From assembly GCF_035688975.1 (NCBI RefSeq), contig NZ_DASSMH010000115.1, forward strand, positions 41,253 through 105,252: a DNA stretch of 64,000 bases. The letters run 5' to 3'. The stretch comes from Intrasporangium sp. GTDB lineage: Bacteria; Actinomycetota; Actinomycetes; Actinomycetales; Dermatophilaceae. A program made the position numbers and the translations under genes. This document shows positions 21,457-32,123 of this stretch, piece by piece; the stretch's first letter is position 1; the number at the start of each line of letters is the position of its first letter. The notes under the pieces are model-generated. The model searched no databases, had not been told where the DNA came from, and worked only from the letters and a program-made list of their open reading frames with translations.

Positions 21457-22547
21457 CCGACGAGCGACGGGCGAGAGCTGCCCTGAGCCGGCTCGTCGAA
21501 CCGTGTGACGCAACCGTCGCGGCGCTGCTGGACCGGGTCGGGGCCGTGGAGGCCGTCGAGCGAATCCGGTGGGCGGCCAAGGGGCTCGAGCGCTTCGCCG
21601 CCCGGGTGGAGCGGCTCGACGTCGACCAGGACCTCGCCAACGGCGCCCGGATCGGGGCGCGTGTCGTCATCCCCGGAGACGACGAGTGGCCGGCGCGGCT
21701 CGACGACCTCCCGATCCCGCCGTGGTGCCTCTGGGTCCGCGGACCGCTGGAGCTCGGGGCGGGCCTGCGCCGGTCGGTGGCGGTCGTGGGCGCGCGGATC
21801 TGCACCCCCTACGGTGAGCACTTCGCGGCCGAGCTCGGTGCCGCGCTCGCCGGCCGTGGCTGGGCGGTGGTCTCGGGCGCGGCCTTCGGGATCGACGCGG
21901 CGGCGCATCGTGGCTGCCTCGCGGTCGACGGCACCACCGTGGCGGTGCTCGCCGGCGGCATCGACCGCGTCTATCCCGCCGCCCACGGGCAGCTCCTGCA
22001 GCGCATCCTCGACCGGGGCGCCTGTGTCTCCGAGGTGGCACCGGGATCCGCGCCGATGAAGAGCCGTTTCCTGCACCGCAACCGGCTGATCGCGGCGCTG
22101 ACCGCCGGCACGGTGGTCGTCGAGGCGGGGCTGCGGTCCGGCTCCCTCAACACCGCGCGTCACGCCACCGCGCTGCTCCGTCCGGTCGCCGCCGTGCCCG
22201 GGCCGGTCACCTCGATGAGCTCGGCCGGCTGCCACCAACACATCCGGTCGGGCGAGGCGGTCCTCGTCACGAGCGCGGCGGAGGTCATCGAGCTCGTCGG
22301 CGACGTGGGCGTCGACGCGTGCGAGGAGCCGAGCGGGCCGGTGCTGGCCGCCGACCACCTGCCGCCGGCCGAGGCGGGCGTCCTCGAGGCCCTGCCGGTG
22401 CGCGGCTCCATGGACCTCGACGGCCTCAGCGTCCTGACGACGTTGGCGCCCCTCGCGGTCCGAGCGGCGCTGGCCCGGCTCGAGGACCTCGGCCTCGCCG
22501 TCGCCGAGGAGGGCCGTTGGCGCAAGGCCCGAGCGCGCCGCTCCTGA
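21453..22547 (+). CDS. dprA: DNA-processing protein DprA (Smf)
   Basis: The ATG overlaps the comM stop (ATGA). Rossmann-like DprA core (VAVVGARICTPYGE..., SGAAFGIDAAAHRG, FLHRNRLIAAL) and a C-terminal winged-helix-like tail. Confidence 0.9.
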   Translation: MTDERRARAALSRLVEPCDATVAALLDRVGAVEAVERIRWAAKGLERFAARVERLDVDQDLANGARIGARVVIPGDDEWPARLDDLPIPPWCLWVRGPLELGAGLRRSVAVVGARICTPYGEHFAAELGAALAGRGWAVVSGAAFGIDAAAHRGCLAVDGTTVAVLAGGIDRVYPAAHGQLLQRILDRGACVSEVAPGSAPMKSRFLHRNRLIAALTAGTVVVEAGLRSGSLNTARHATALLRPVAAVPGPVTSMSSAGCHQHIRSGEAVLVTSAAEVIELVGDVGVDACEEPSGPVLAADHLPPAEAGVLEALPVRGSMDLDGLSVLTTLAPLAVRAALARLEDLGLAVAEEGRWRKARARRS

Positions 22548-22609
22548 CCCCAGCCGCCCGGGGGTCGGGGCGCAGTCGTGACGGTCCCCGCGGCTGCCCC
22601 GCATCGTGG

Positions 22610-23566
22610 TCAGGCGCGGGGATGGGCCTGCTCGTAGCTGCGACGCAGCCGATCCACGGAGACGTGGGTGTAGATCTGGGTCGTCGCGAGGCTGGCATGG
22701 CCGAGGAGCTCCTGGACGTCCCGAAGGTCCGCGCCGCCTTCGAGCAGGTGCGTGGCCGCACTGTGGCGCAGTCCGTGGGGCCCGAGGTCCGGCGCGTCGG
22801 CGACCTGCGTGAGCAGCGCATGCAGGACGGCCCGGACCTGGCGGGCGTCCACGCGCCGGCCCCGCCGCCCCAGGAAGAGAGCGGAACCCGACGTGGCCGT
22901 GGAGAGGCGCGGGCGGACCGCGAGCCACTCCTCGAGGGCCCGGGCGGCCGGGGCCCCGAACGGCACCACCCGCTCCTTGGCCCCCTTGCCCATGACCCGC
23001 ACCACGCGCTGGCCGAGGTCGAGGTCATCGACGTCCAGCGCGACGAGCTCGCCCACCCGGATCCCGCTTGCGTAAAGCAGCTCGAGCACCGCCCGGTCCC
23101 GGGCGTGCACAGGGTCGCCGTCGTCGGCCCGCACCGCGGCGACGTCGAGGAGCGTGCCCGCCTGGTCCTGCCGCAGCACGCCGGGCAGCGTCCGGACGCG
23201 CCTTGGCGCGACGAGGCGCAGAGACGGGTCCCGCTCGACCCGGCCGGTCGAGTGGGCCCAGGAGAAGAACGTGCGCGCGGAGGCCGCCCGGCGGGCGAGC
23301 GTGGCCCGGGCGGCGCCGCCGGCGGCCTGGTCACCGAGCCACGCGCGCAGGTCGGCGAGCCGGATGTCCCCCGCACCGGCCAGCCCCCGCCCGGCCACGA
23401 AGGCGAGCAGGTGACGAACGTCTCCGAGGTAGGCGCGCCGGGTGTGCTCGGACCGGCCACGCTCGGCTCCGAGGTGCCGGGAGAAGGCGTCGAGCAGGGC
23501 GGCCTGCGACGACTCGCGCGCGGCCATCGCAGCCGAGCCGTCAGCGCCGTCCGACAGACCTGCCAT
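22610..23566 (-). CDS. xerC: Tyrosine recombinase XerC
   Basis: The N-terminal SAM-like domain has the typical XerC/D opening ([31 protein letters not shown]). Catalytic residues lie in ...[39 protein letters not shown]. Conserved neighbour of dprA. ATG 23527 is an alternative start. Confidence 0.88.
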   Translation of the reverse strand: MAGLSDGADGSAAMAARESSQAALLDAFSRHLGAERGRSEHTRRAYLGDVRHLLAFVAGRGLAGAGDIRLADLRAWLGDQAAGGAARATLARRAASARTFFSWAHSTGRVERDPSLRLVAPRRVRTLPGVLRQDQAGTLLDVAAVRADDGDPVHARDRAVLELLYASGIRVGELVALDVDDLDLGQRVVRVMGKGAKERVVPFGAPAARALEEWLAVRPRLSTATSGSALFLGRRGRRVDARQVRAVLHALLTQVADAPDLGPHGLRHSAATHLLEGGADLRDVQELLGHASLATTQIYTHVSVDRLRRSYEQAHPRA

Positions 23567-23669
23567 GCCGGCACCTTCGCGCACGCAGGTCGGACAGGCA
23601 AGGACATCCTGCCGGCGGTCGGCGCCGGCGCGCCGGAGCCCCCGGTCCACGGTCGACTCAGCCCGGCGG

Positions 23670-24218
23670 TCAGAGAGGGCGGAGGGGGAGCAGCCTGATC
23701 GGCCGTGGCATGAGCAGGCTGAGCGGGTCGAGGTAGTCGTGGCCGCGCAGCACGCCCCAGTGCAGGCACGCGCGCGGCGCGCAGTGGCCCGCTGCCGGGG
23801 CGACGCGCCCGATGGCCGCGCCACCGGCGACGAGGGTCCCGACCGGTGGCGGGCCGGTGACCGGCTCGAAGGTGCTGCGCAGCCCTCCGGCGTGGGTGAC
23901 CACGACCACGCCGCGACCGGCCAGCAGGCCGGTATACGTGACCCGCCCCGCGCCCGGAGAGAGGACCGCCTGCCCGGCCGTGGCCTCGAGGTCGACCCCG
24001 CGGTGGCCGGGGGACCAGCGGTGCTCGGGCCGGTCGAAGGCTCTCGCCACCGCCGGGCGGGGGGAGAGCGGCCACTGCCACCCGCGGCTCGTGCCGGCCC
24101 CCGAGGGCTCGCCGGCGTCGGCGGCGAGGCTCCCCACGGTGGCGGAAGCACCCCCGAGCGCGACCACCGTGGCGGTGAGCGCCGTGGCGAGGGCGAGAAC
24201 GGCCGTGCCGATGGGCAT
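23670..24218 (-). CDS. M23 family metallopeptidase (secreted or membrane-anchored)
   Basis: An N-terminal hydrophobic segment, then HRGVDL, AGRVTY and LHWG, the LytM-type motifs. The track start at 24371 would overlap the convergently read upstream gene, so ATG 24218 is preferred. Confidence 0.8.
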   Translation of the reverse strand: MPIGTAVLALATALTATVVALGGASATVGSLAADAGEPSGAGTSRGWQWPLSPRPAVARAFDRPEHRWSPGHRGVDLEATAGQAVLSPGAGRVTYTGLLAGRGVVVVTHAGGLRSTFEPVTGPPPVGTLVAGGAAIGRVAPAAGHCAPRACLHWGVLRGHDYLDPLSLLMPRPIRLLPLRPL

Positions 24219-24309
24219 GTCGGCCACGCTAGGCGCGTCCCGCGTCGGCCGGGCGACCGATGCCGCGGCGGTGGACGACGCGCTGACGTGGTCGTCGCCC
24301 TGTGGACGC

Positions 24310-25482
24310 TCAGGCCTTGGCGCGGCTGAGGGCGCTGAGACGCCGGCTCGCCTCGACGAGGACGTCGTCACGCTTGCAGAAGGCGAAGCGGATCAGCGTC
24401 CTCGCCGCGTCGCGGTCGTCGCAGAAGACCGATACCGGCACCCCCACCACCCCGGCGAGCTCCGGCAGGCGCCGAGCGAACTCGACCCCGTCCAGCGCCC
24501 CGAGGGGTGCCGCGTCGGCGATGACGAAGTAGGTGCCCGCCGGCCGGGACACCTCCAGCCCGCTGGCGGCGAGCGCCGAGCAGAGCAGGTCGCGCTTGCG
24601 CTGCAGGGATGCGGCGAGCCCGGCATACACCTCGTCGTCGAGGCCGAGGGCGAGCGCCACCGCGGGCTGGAACGGCCCAGACCCGACGAAGGTGATGAAC
24701 TGCTTGACGGTGCGGGCCGCCGAGACGACCTCGCGGGGACCGCAGAGCCAGCCGACCTTCCAGCCGGTCACCGAGAACGTCTTGCCGGCCGAGGAGATGG
24801 TGATGGTCCGCTCCGCCATGCCGGGCAGGCTCGCCATCGGCACATGCTCCACACCGTCGAAGACCAGGTGCTCGTAGACCTCGTCGGTGACGACCCACGC
24901 GTCGTGCTGCCTCGCCAGCGACGCGACGAGCTCGAGCTCGGCGCGGGTGAAGACCTTGCCCGTGGGGTTGTGCGGCGTGTTGAGCAGCACGAGTCTCGTC
25001 CGGCTCGAGAAGGCGGCCCGCAGGGACGCCTCGTCCACGGCGAAGTCGGGGAAGCGCAGCACCGACGTGCGGCGCGCGGCGCCGGAGAGCGCGATCGTCG
25101 CGGCATACGAGTCGTAGTAGGGCTCGAAGGTCACCACCTCGTCGCCGGCCTCGCACAGCGCGAGGATCACCGAGGCGATCGCCTCGGTGGCGCCGACGGT
25201 GACGAGGACCTCCGACGCCGGGTCGACGCGCAGCCCGTAGAACCGCTCCTGGTGCCGGGCGATCGCGAGGAGCAGCTCCGGGACGCCCGGGCCGGGCGGG
25301 TACTGGTTGCGACCCGCGTCGATGGCCGCCTTCGCCGCCTCGAGCATGACGCGCGGGCCGTCGGTGTCCGGGAACCCCTGCCCGAGGTTGATGCTCCCCG
25401 TCCGCTGCGCGAGCGCCGTCATCTCGGCGAAGACCGTCGTGCCGAAGCCGGCCAACGGGGCGTCTCGGCGCAGGGACGGCAT
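24310..25482 (-). CDS. Class I/II PLP-dependent aminotransferase (DapC / MalY-like)
   Basis: [13 protein letters not shown]..., [20 protein letters not shown] and [16 protein letters not shown] (PLP-Lys). 390 aa from ATG 25482. Confidence 0.85.
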   Translation of the reverse strand: MPSLRRDAPLAGFGTTVFAEMTALAQRTGSINLGQGFPDTDGPRVMLEAAKAAIDAGRNQYPPGPGVPELLLAIARHQERFYGLRVDPASEVLVTVGATEAIASVILALCEAGDEVVTFEPYYDSYAATIALSGAARRTSVLRFPDFAVDEASLRAAFSSRTRLVLLNTPHNPTGKVFTRAELELVASLARQHDAWVVTDEVYEHLVFDGVEHVPMASLPGMAERTITISSAGKTFSVTGWKVGWLCGPREVVSAARTVKQFITFVGSGPFQPAVALALGLDDEVYAGLAASLQRKRDLLCSALAASGLEVSRPAGTYFVIADAAPLGALDGVEFARRLPELAGVVGVPVSVFCDDRDAARTLIRFAFCKRDDVLVEASRRLSALSRAKA

Positions 25483-25522
25483 ACCGGCATGGTAGACGGC
25501 GACGCCCCGCACGCGCCCGCGC

Positions 25523-26452
25523 TCAGAGGTTGGTCGGGTTGGAGCCGGAGTCGATGACGACCCCCTTCCGGCCGGTGTCGCCGAGCGTGGTGCCGACGAG
25601 CCCGCGGCCCGAGGCGATGAAGGCGAAGAGGTAGTGGTCGGGGAAGAGCTGCAGCTTGAGGACACCGAAGTCGGAGCGGTCGAAGACCTGGCTGCCGACG
25701 TGCTTGGAGGACCGGTTCGACAACGACTTGCCGCCCGTGCCGACGACGAAGGAGCGGATGCCGGCGGCGTCGAGGGCGCCCGTGCTGTTCATCTTGGCGA
25801 ACCGCTCGTAGTTGTGGTTGTGGCCCGATAGGACGATGTCGGCGTGCGCGGTCTGCAGCAGGGCCCAGATCGGGGCGGCCGCGGTGTAGTCCGTAATGGA
25901 GTTCGGCGAGGTGTAGCGCGCCTGGTGCCACGTGGCCAGGATGTGCGCCCCCGGGTGAGCGGCGAGGTCGGACTTGAGCCACGCGTACTGCGGCGACGTG
26001 CTCGACATGGGGACCTCCGAGTTGAGCGCGTAGCCGCGCCACCCGTTGCCGATGTCCCACGCGTAGTAGAGGGCGCCGTTCGTCGCGTTCTTGACGACGG
26101 GCCCGAAGTACGAGGTGTACCCGGCCGCCCCGGCTGTCTGGTAGTCGTGGTTGCCGGGGACCGGCCGCGTGACCGCCTTGAAGGAGCCCCACGTCGGCGC
26201 GTACTTGGTGTTGTAGTCGCTGAGGGAGCCCAGCTCGTAGGCGTTGTCACCGAGCGGCAGGACGAACTTCGGCGCGTTGGCGCGGATCACGTCACCCGTG
26301 GAGCCCGCGTTGGTGCCGGATCCCGCGATGTCACCGGCGGCCATGACGACGACCGGGACGACCGCAGCGGTCGATGTGGGGGCGGTGACGCCCACCACGG
26401 CTGTGATCGAGACGACGGCGGCCGCTGCCGCCCGGGCAAGTCTGATGCGCAT
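25523..26452 (-). CDS. Secreted metallophosphoesterase (calcineurin-like)
   Basis: Signal peptide MRIRLARAAAAAVVSITAVVGVTA. Motifs AAGDIA, LGDNAYE, GNHDY and SGHNHNYER. Confidence 0.85.
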   Translation of the reverse strand: MRIRLARAAAAAVVSITAVVGVTAPTSTAAVVPVVVMAAGDIAGSGTNAGSTGDVIRANAPKFVLPLGDNAYELGSLSDYNTKYAPTWGSFKAVTRPVPGNHDYQTAGAAGYTSYFGPVVKNATNGALYYAWDIGNGWRGYALNSEVPMSSTSPQYAWLKSDLAAHPGAHILATWHQARYTSPNSITDYTAAAPIWALLQTAHADIVLSGHNHNYERFAKMNSTGALDAAGIRSFVVGTGGKSLSNRSSKHVGSQVFDRSDFGVLKLQLFPDHYLFAFIASGRGLVGTTLGDTGRKGVVIDSGSNPTNL

Positions 26453-26564
26453 GGTGTGGCCCCTCTGTCGGTCCGGTCCTCCCCGCGGACTGGTCAGTGG
26501 TCGCCCATTGTGTATGCCGTGAAGCCGGCGCGCAGCGGAATGTGCGCGGTGACGGACCGCCCGC

Positions 26565-28466
26565 TCAGGCAAGGCCGCAGGCGGTGATCCGGTAGAGCGT
26601 GTAGCGCCCCGAGGTCGCCACCCTCGTCAGGCCGGGGACCGCGGCGAGGTGCATGAGACCCGAGGACCGCTCGGGAAGGTCGAGCCAGTAGACGTCGGGC
26701 GACTCGACGACGAAGCGCACGCCCTGACGACGCAGCGCCGCGCACACGTCGGGCCGAGCGGCCATGTCCCGAAGGCCGGTCCCGATGACCACCTCGTCCC
26801 CGGCCGCTGCCATGGGGATCGAGCGGTAGAGCGTGCGCGTGCCCGTGAGGGCATAGAGCAGCGGGGAGCCGTTCTCCGGGCGCCCCGCGACCACCTGCCC
26901 GGGCGGCACGAAGGCGGCCAGGCGCTCGAGGTCCGCCTGCCGAGCGGGGTCGAGGATGATTCTCTCGGGCAGGGCGGGGTGGAAGTAGTCCCGCAGGAGG
27001 CGGCTGCGGTCGGCATGGTCGGCGACGACGGTGAGGAGCGGCACCGCGCCCACGGCGGCGGCCGCCACGAGAAAGGGCGCCCGCCGCAGTGCGGGCACGC
27101 GCCGTAGCAGCGCCCGGAGCGCAGGAGCAGCCGCCGCGACCATGACCACGCCGGGCACGGTGGCGAGCGAGGCCAGGCGGACCTTGTCGTTGTACCAGTA
27201 CCCCGTGACGAGGGCCGTCCACTCGGACGTCGACGACGCGGCGAGGACGTAGAGGCCCACGCAGCACACCCACATCGCGAGGACCGGGGCGGCCGCCCGC
27301 GCCCGCGTGAGGATCCACCCCGTGCCGAGGGCGACCAGGGCCAGCAGTCCCCAGGCCACCGACGTGACCTGCAGGCGACCCCCGACGCTCTCGACGAGGG
27401 CGGTCCACACGGACACGTGACCCGGCCAGCCGTAGGCCTGCGTTGCGGCAAGGCGGGAGGAGACCAGGGGTGCGGCCAGCACGCCGGCCGCGACGACGGC
27501 GACCACGGCCGCGATGTCGCGCACCACCACGGTCCACGGCGAGTGTCCGAGCACCCCGGCCCGCAACCGGGCGGCGAAGAACCACGCGAGGGCGAAGACG
27601 ACGAGGGAGACCAAGGCGTTGGGGTGGACGAGGGCGAGGCCGGGCAGGGCGGCGACGAACGCGAGGACCTGGCCCGGGCGCCGCGAACGGGCTGCCTGGA
27701 GCATGAGGGCGAGCGCCCCGGAGGTCAGCGCCGTGCCCATGAGGTTGGGCCAGAGGACCCCCCAGCCGAGGAGCATGGTGGGAAAGGCCACGAAGCCCGC
27801 GGCCGCGAACCCGCCGGCGTAGAGCACGAGGCGCGAGGTGCCGAGGGCGTGCCGCACGAGGGCCACGCAGCCGACCGGCCACACGACGGCCGCGAGCACG
27901 ACGGTGGCGGCGTTCGCCGCCGCGAGGATGGGCACGTGGACGGCGAGCATGCCCGTGGCCGTCCAGGCGTGGAAGCCGCTCGGGTAGAGGGAGCCGTTGG
28001 TCGGGGCGAAGTTGCCGGTGTCGAGGAAGAGCCGGACCCGGTTGAGGTGGAAGACGGCATCCGGGCTGTCCACGAGCTCGTCGGGCCGGCCGATGGCCGG
28101 CAGGAGCGTGATCAGGGTGACGGCGACCCCGATGCCGCAGGCCACCGCGGCGTCCGGTCGAGGCCGGCCGAGCCACCGCCGGGAGCGGGTGAGGTGGGGG
28201 CCGTCGCGGTGCAGGAGGTGGCCGAGCAGCGCCGCCACCGCGGTCGTCCCGGCCGTGGCGGCGACGAGGAGCGGCAAGGACCACCGCACGCCGGCGAGCC
28301 CAGCCACGGTGGCCCAGCCGCCGAGGACGGCGACGGAGACGGCGGGGGAGATGGCAACGGCCTCGAGGCCCCGCGCACCGAGCGCCCGCACGACCAGCCA
28401 GCCGGGGACGAGCAGGAGGGCCGTCAGGACGGTGAGGACCGGGATCGCCTCGGTCCAGCTCGCCAT
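26565..28466 (-). CDS. Large polytopic membrane protein, GT-C-like / DUF6541-like (function unknown)
   Basis: 633 aa from ATG 28466. At least 12 predicted hydrophobic helices and a soluble C-terminal domain of about 150 aa. No catalytic motif was recognised with certainty. Confidence 0.6.
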   Translation of the reverse strand: MASWTEAIPVLTVLTALLLVPGWLVVRALGARGLEAVAISPAVSVAVLGGWATVAGLAGVRWSLPLLVAATAGTTAVAALLGHLLHRDGPHLTRSRRWLGRPRPDAAVACGIGVAVTLITLLPAIGRPDELVDSPDAVFHLNRVRLFLDTGNFAPTNGSLYPSGFHAWTATGMLAVHVPILAAANAATVVLAAVVWPVGCVALVRHALGTSRLVLYAGGFAAAGFVAFPTMLLGWGVLWPNLMGTALTSGALALMLQAARSRRPGQVLAFVAALPGLALVHPNALVSLVVFALAWFFAARLRAGVLGHSPWTVVVRDIAAVVAVVAAGVLAAPLVSSRLAATQAYGWPGHVSVWTALVESVGGRLQVTSVAWGLLALVALGTGWILTRARAAAPVLAMWVCCVGLYVLAASSTSEWTALVTGYWYNDKVRLASLATVPGVVMVAAAAPALRALLRRVPALRRAPFLVAAAAVGAVPLLTVVADHADRSRLLRDYFHPALPERIILDPARQADLERLAAFVPPGQVVAGRPENGSPLLYALTGTRTLYRSIPMAAAGDEVVIGTGLRDMAARPDVCAALRRQGVRFVVESPDVYWLDLPERSSGLMHLAAVPGLTRVATSGRYTLYRITACGLA

Positions 28467-28789
28467 GCGCCCTCCACCGTCGATCGGGTCCCCTCCGCGC
28501 CCATTGTGGCGGGTGCCGGGGATTTCGCCCCCACCCGGGGCAGGCCATAGGATCGGGGGTGGTCCGGTGTGCCTCGTGCGCGCCGCGACCGTAATTCGCG
28601 CGTCTTCTGCCGGACGGAGCTCCCCCGCGGGGCTCGGTCCGGGGCGCACCACGGCAGTCCCGGCGGGTCCGGGCGGGGTGCGTGCAAGGCGCCAGGCGCG
28701 AGACGTATGCCGTCCAGCCCGGTCCTTCGGGCGGGGGGCGGCACGTCCCGCGGACAACTGACAACACCACGACAAGGGAGGACAACGGC

Positions 28790-29743
28790 ATGGCCGTCGT
28801 CACCATGCGCCAGCTCCTCGAGAGCGGCGTTCACTTCGGGCACCAGACCCGACGCTGGAACCCCAAGATGAAGCGCTTCATCATGACCGAGCGCAACGGC
28901 ATCTACATCATCGACCTGCAGCAGTCGCTGACCTACATCAACAACGCCTACGAGTTCGTCAAGGAGACCGTCGCCCACGGCGGCACCATCCTGTTCGTCG
29001 GCACGAAGAAGCAGGCCCAGGAGCCCGTCGCCGAGCAGGCGACGCGCGTCGGCATGCCCTACGTCAACCACCGCTGGCTCGGCGGCATGCTCACCAACTT
29101 CTCGACGATCTCCAAGCGGCTCACGCGCCTCAAGGAGCTCGAGGAGCTCGACTTCGACGACGTGGCCGGCTCCGGCTACACGAAGAAGGAGCTGCTCATC
29201 CTCGGCCGCGAGAAGGACAAGCTCGAGAAGACCCTCGGCGGCATCCGCTCGATGACCAAGGTCCCCTCCGCCGTGTGGGTCGTCGACACGAAGAAGGAGC
29301 ACCTCGCCGTCGACGAGGCCCGCAAGCTGGGTCTGCCGGTCATCGCCATCCTCGACACCAACTGCGACCCCGACGAGGTCGACTACAAGATCCCCGGCAA
29401 CGACGACGCCATCCGGTCCGTCACGCTGCTGACCCGCGTCGTCGCGGACGCCGTCGCCGAAGGTCTCGTCCAGCGCTCGTCCGGCCGCAGCGGCGGTGAC
29501 GCCGCGGCGGAGGAGCCGCTCGCCGAGTGGGAGCGGGAGCTCTACGCCGAGGCCGCCGCCGTCGCCGACGCCCCGTCGGCACCCGCCGAGGACGCCGCAC
29601 CGGCGGAGGCGGCCCAGGCCGCCGCCGTGGAGGCGACGGACGCCGCTGCCGAGGAGACCGCACCGGCGGCCGTCCCGGGCAGCGAGCAGGCCCCGGCCGT
29701 GGCCTCCTCGCTCAACGCCGAGCCGGGCAGCGCCAACGCCTGA
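28790..29743 (+). CDS. rpsB: 30S ribosomal protein S2 with an Ala/Glu-rich C-terminal extension
   Basis: [52 protein letters not shown] lies upstream. Confidence 0.96.
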   Translation: MAVVTMRQLLESGVHFGHQTRRWNPKMKRFIMTERNGIYIIDLQQSLTYINNAYEFVKETVAHGGTILFVGTKKQAQEPVAEQATRVGMPYVNHRWLGGMLTNFSTISKRLTRLKELEELDFDDVAGSGYTKKELLILGREKDKLEKTLGGIRSMTKVPSAVWVVDTKKEHLAVDEARKLGLPVIAILDTNCDPDEVDYKIPGNDDAIRSVTLLTRVVADAVAEGLVQRSSGRSGGDAAAEEPLAEWERELYAEAAAVADAPSAPAEDAAPAEAAQAAAVEATDAAAEETAPAAVPGSEQAPAVASSLNAEPGSANA

Positions 29744-29840
29744 CGTCCCGGGGGGCCCCCGAGCCGGCAGCCAGCCGGCCCGGCACCCCCCGCAGCCACA
29801 CAGCAGCCACCAGCACCGACGAAAAGAGCGAACTACACCC

Positions 29841-30671
<831 letters not shown>

Positions 30672-30681
30672 CTCGCGAGGT

Positions 30682-30720
30682 GTCCGCGGGTCGGGGGGCG
30701 CCCCCCTGACCTCGGCGGAC
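30682..30720 (+). terminator. GC-rich hairpin after tsf
   Basis: GTCCGC GGGTCGGGGGG CG CCCCCC(T)GACC TCG GCGGAC. Nested stems starting 11 nt after the stop. Confidence 0.5.
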
Positions 30721-30837
30721 GCTACGATGGCCACGATGCCGGTCGTCCCTGTGGGGGACGACCGGCGTCGTCGTCTGCCGGCCGCCTGCGAATCCGCTTG
30801 CGGGGCAGTCCTTGTCTCACACATCACAGCGCTCCGA

Positions 30838-30857
30838 TATACCCAGCGGGGTATAAT
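30838..30857 (+). promoter_or_regulatory. CsoR/CstR-type inverted repeat overlapping a TATAAT -10 box; the downstream gene is probably leaderless
   Basis: TATACCC-AGCG-GGGTATA (30838-30855). TATAAT at 30852-30857 ends 6 nt before ATG 30864. Confidence 0.45.
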
Positions 30858-30863
30858 TGAGCT

Positions 30864-31895
30864 ATGAAAACCACGACCTCGCTCGTGGTCCTGGGAGCGG
30901 GAACGGCCGGCACGATGGTCGTCAACAAGCTCCGTCGCCGGCTCCCGGCCAGCCACTGGCGCATCACCGTCATCGACCGCAACGACACCCACGACTACCA
31001 GCCGGGGTATCTCTTCCTCCCCTTCGGCGCCACGACGCCCGAGCAGGTGCGTCGTGCGAGGCATCCCCTCATCGCAGACGGGGTCGAGCTCGTCCTCGCG
31101 GAGGTCGACCGGGTGGATCCGGACGCCCGCACCGTGCGTCTGCAGGACGGGCGGGAGATCGCCTACGACTACCTCGTCATCGCGTCCGGCACGACTCCCA
31201 GGCCGGACCAGACGCCCGGCATGCTCGGTGAGCAGTGGCACCGCTCGGTGGGCGAGTTCTACACCTACGACGGCGCCCTCGCCCTGCGCGAGCAGCTCGC
31301 CCACTTCACCGGCGGACGGCTCGTCGTGCACATCACGGAGCTGCCGATCAAGTGCCCGGTCGCCCCGCTCGAGTTCACCTTCCTCGCCGACGACTGGCTG
31401 CGCCACCGTCGCCTGCGCGAGCGCACCGAGCTGGTCTTCGTCACGCCCCTCGACGGCGCCTTCACCAAGCCCGTCGCGAGCCGGGAGCTCGGCCACCTGC
31501 TCGAGGAGCGCGGCGTGGGCGTCGAGACCGACTTCCTCGTCGAGCGCATCGACCAGGAGCGCAAGGTCCTCGTCTCCTACGACGAGCGTGAGGTGCCCTA
31601 CGACCAGCTCGTCACCGTCCCGCTCAACATGGGGGCCGACTTCGTGGCCCGCTCCGGCCTCGGCGACGAGCTGAACTACGTCCCCGTCGACCGGCACACG
31701 CTGCGTTCGACGGCCTACGAGACGATCTTCGCCCTCGGCGACGCGAGCAACATCCCCACCTCCAAGGCGGGCTCGGTGGCGCACTTCTCGGTGGACGTCT
31801 TCGTCGACAACTTCGTCGACCTCGTGGCCGGCCGGCCGATGACCCGGTCCTTCGACGGCCACGCCAACTGCTTCGTCGAGTCCGGCGGGGGCTAG
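30864..31895 (+). CDS. SQR-like FAD-dependent pyridine nucleotide-disulfide oxidoreductase, truncated as written by an in-frame TAG
   Basis: VVLGAGTAGT dinucleotide fold, ELPIKCPVAPLEF, FALGDASNIPTSKAGSVAHF and GHANCF. The family normally continues for about 70 more residues. Confidence 0.8.
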   Translation: MKTTTSLVVLGAGTAGTMVVNKLRRRLPASHWRITVIDRNDTHDYQPGYLFLPFGATTPEQVRRARHPLIADGVELVLAEVDRVDPDARTVRLQDGREIAYDYLVIASGTTPRPDQTPGMLGEQWHRSVGEFYTYDGALALREQLAHFTGGRLVVHITELPIKCPVAPLEFTFLADDWLRHRRLRERTELVFVTPLDGAFTKPVASRELGHLLEERGVGVETDFLVERIDQERKVLVSYDEREVPYDQLVTVPLNMGADFVARSGLGDELNYVPVDRHTLRSTAYETIFALGDASNIPTSKAGSVAHFSVDVFVDNFVDLVAGRPMTRSFDGHANCFVESGGG

Positions 31896-32108
31896 GCGCT
31901 GCTGCTCGACTTCAACTACGACACCGAGCCGCTCACCGGCACGTTCCCGCTCCCCGTCGTCGGGCCGCTTCGCCTGCTCAAGGCCTCGCGGGCCAACCAC
32001 GTCGGCAAGCTCGCCTTCCGCCACCTCTACTGGCACGTCCTGCTGCCCGGGCGACCGATGGGCCTGCCCGCCCAGCTGTCCATGGCGGGCAAGAGGCCCG
32101 CCGCCTGA
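31896..32108 (+). other. In-frame continuation of the SQR-like gene after TAG 31893-31895 (conserved C-terminal 70 codons, TGA at 32106)
   Basis: Translates to ALLLDFNYDTEPLTGTFPLPVVGPLRLLKASRANHVGKLAFRHLYWHVLLPGRPMGLPAQLSMAGKRPAA. This is the expected C-terminal amphipathic region of the family, in the same frame. Confidence 0.7.
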
Positions 32109-32123
32109 GAAAGGAACGTCACG

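Noticed and set aside
22548-22609. Bidirectional terminator between the convergent dprA and xerC genes (GACCCC-n8-GGGGTC)
   Set aside because: The stem is only 6 bp, there is no U-tract, and the support is weak, so it is not listed as a feature.
22610-23566. Tyrosine recombinase as a marker of a prophage or integrative element
   Set aside because: It sits in the conserved yraN-comM-dprA-xerC neighbourhood, has the XerC/D-type N-terminal domain, and has no att-like repeats, tRNA or phage genes nearby. It is called as housekeeping XerC. No dif-like site was recognised.
24219-24371. Longer N-terminus for the M23 peptidase (track start 24371)
   Set aside because: It would overlap the 3' end of the aminotransferase gene by about 60 nt and adds Ser/Ala/Pro-rich sequence. 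ATG 24218 directly precedes the hydrophobic signal or anchor segment.
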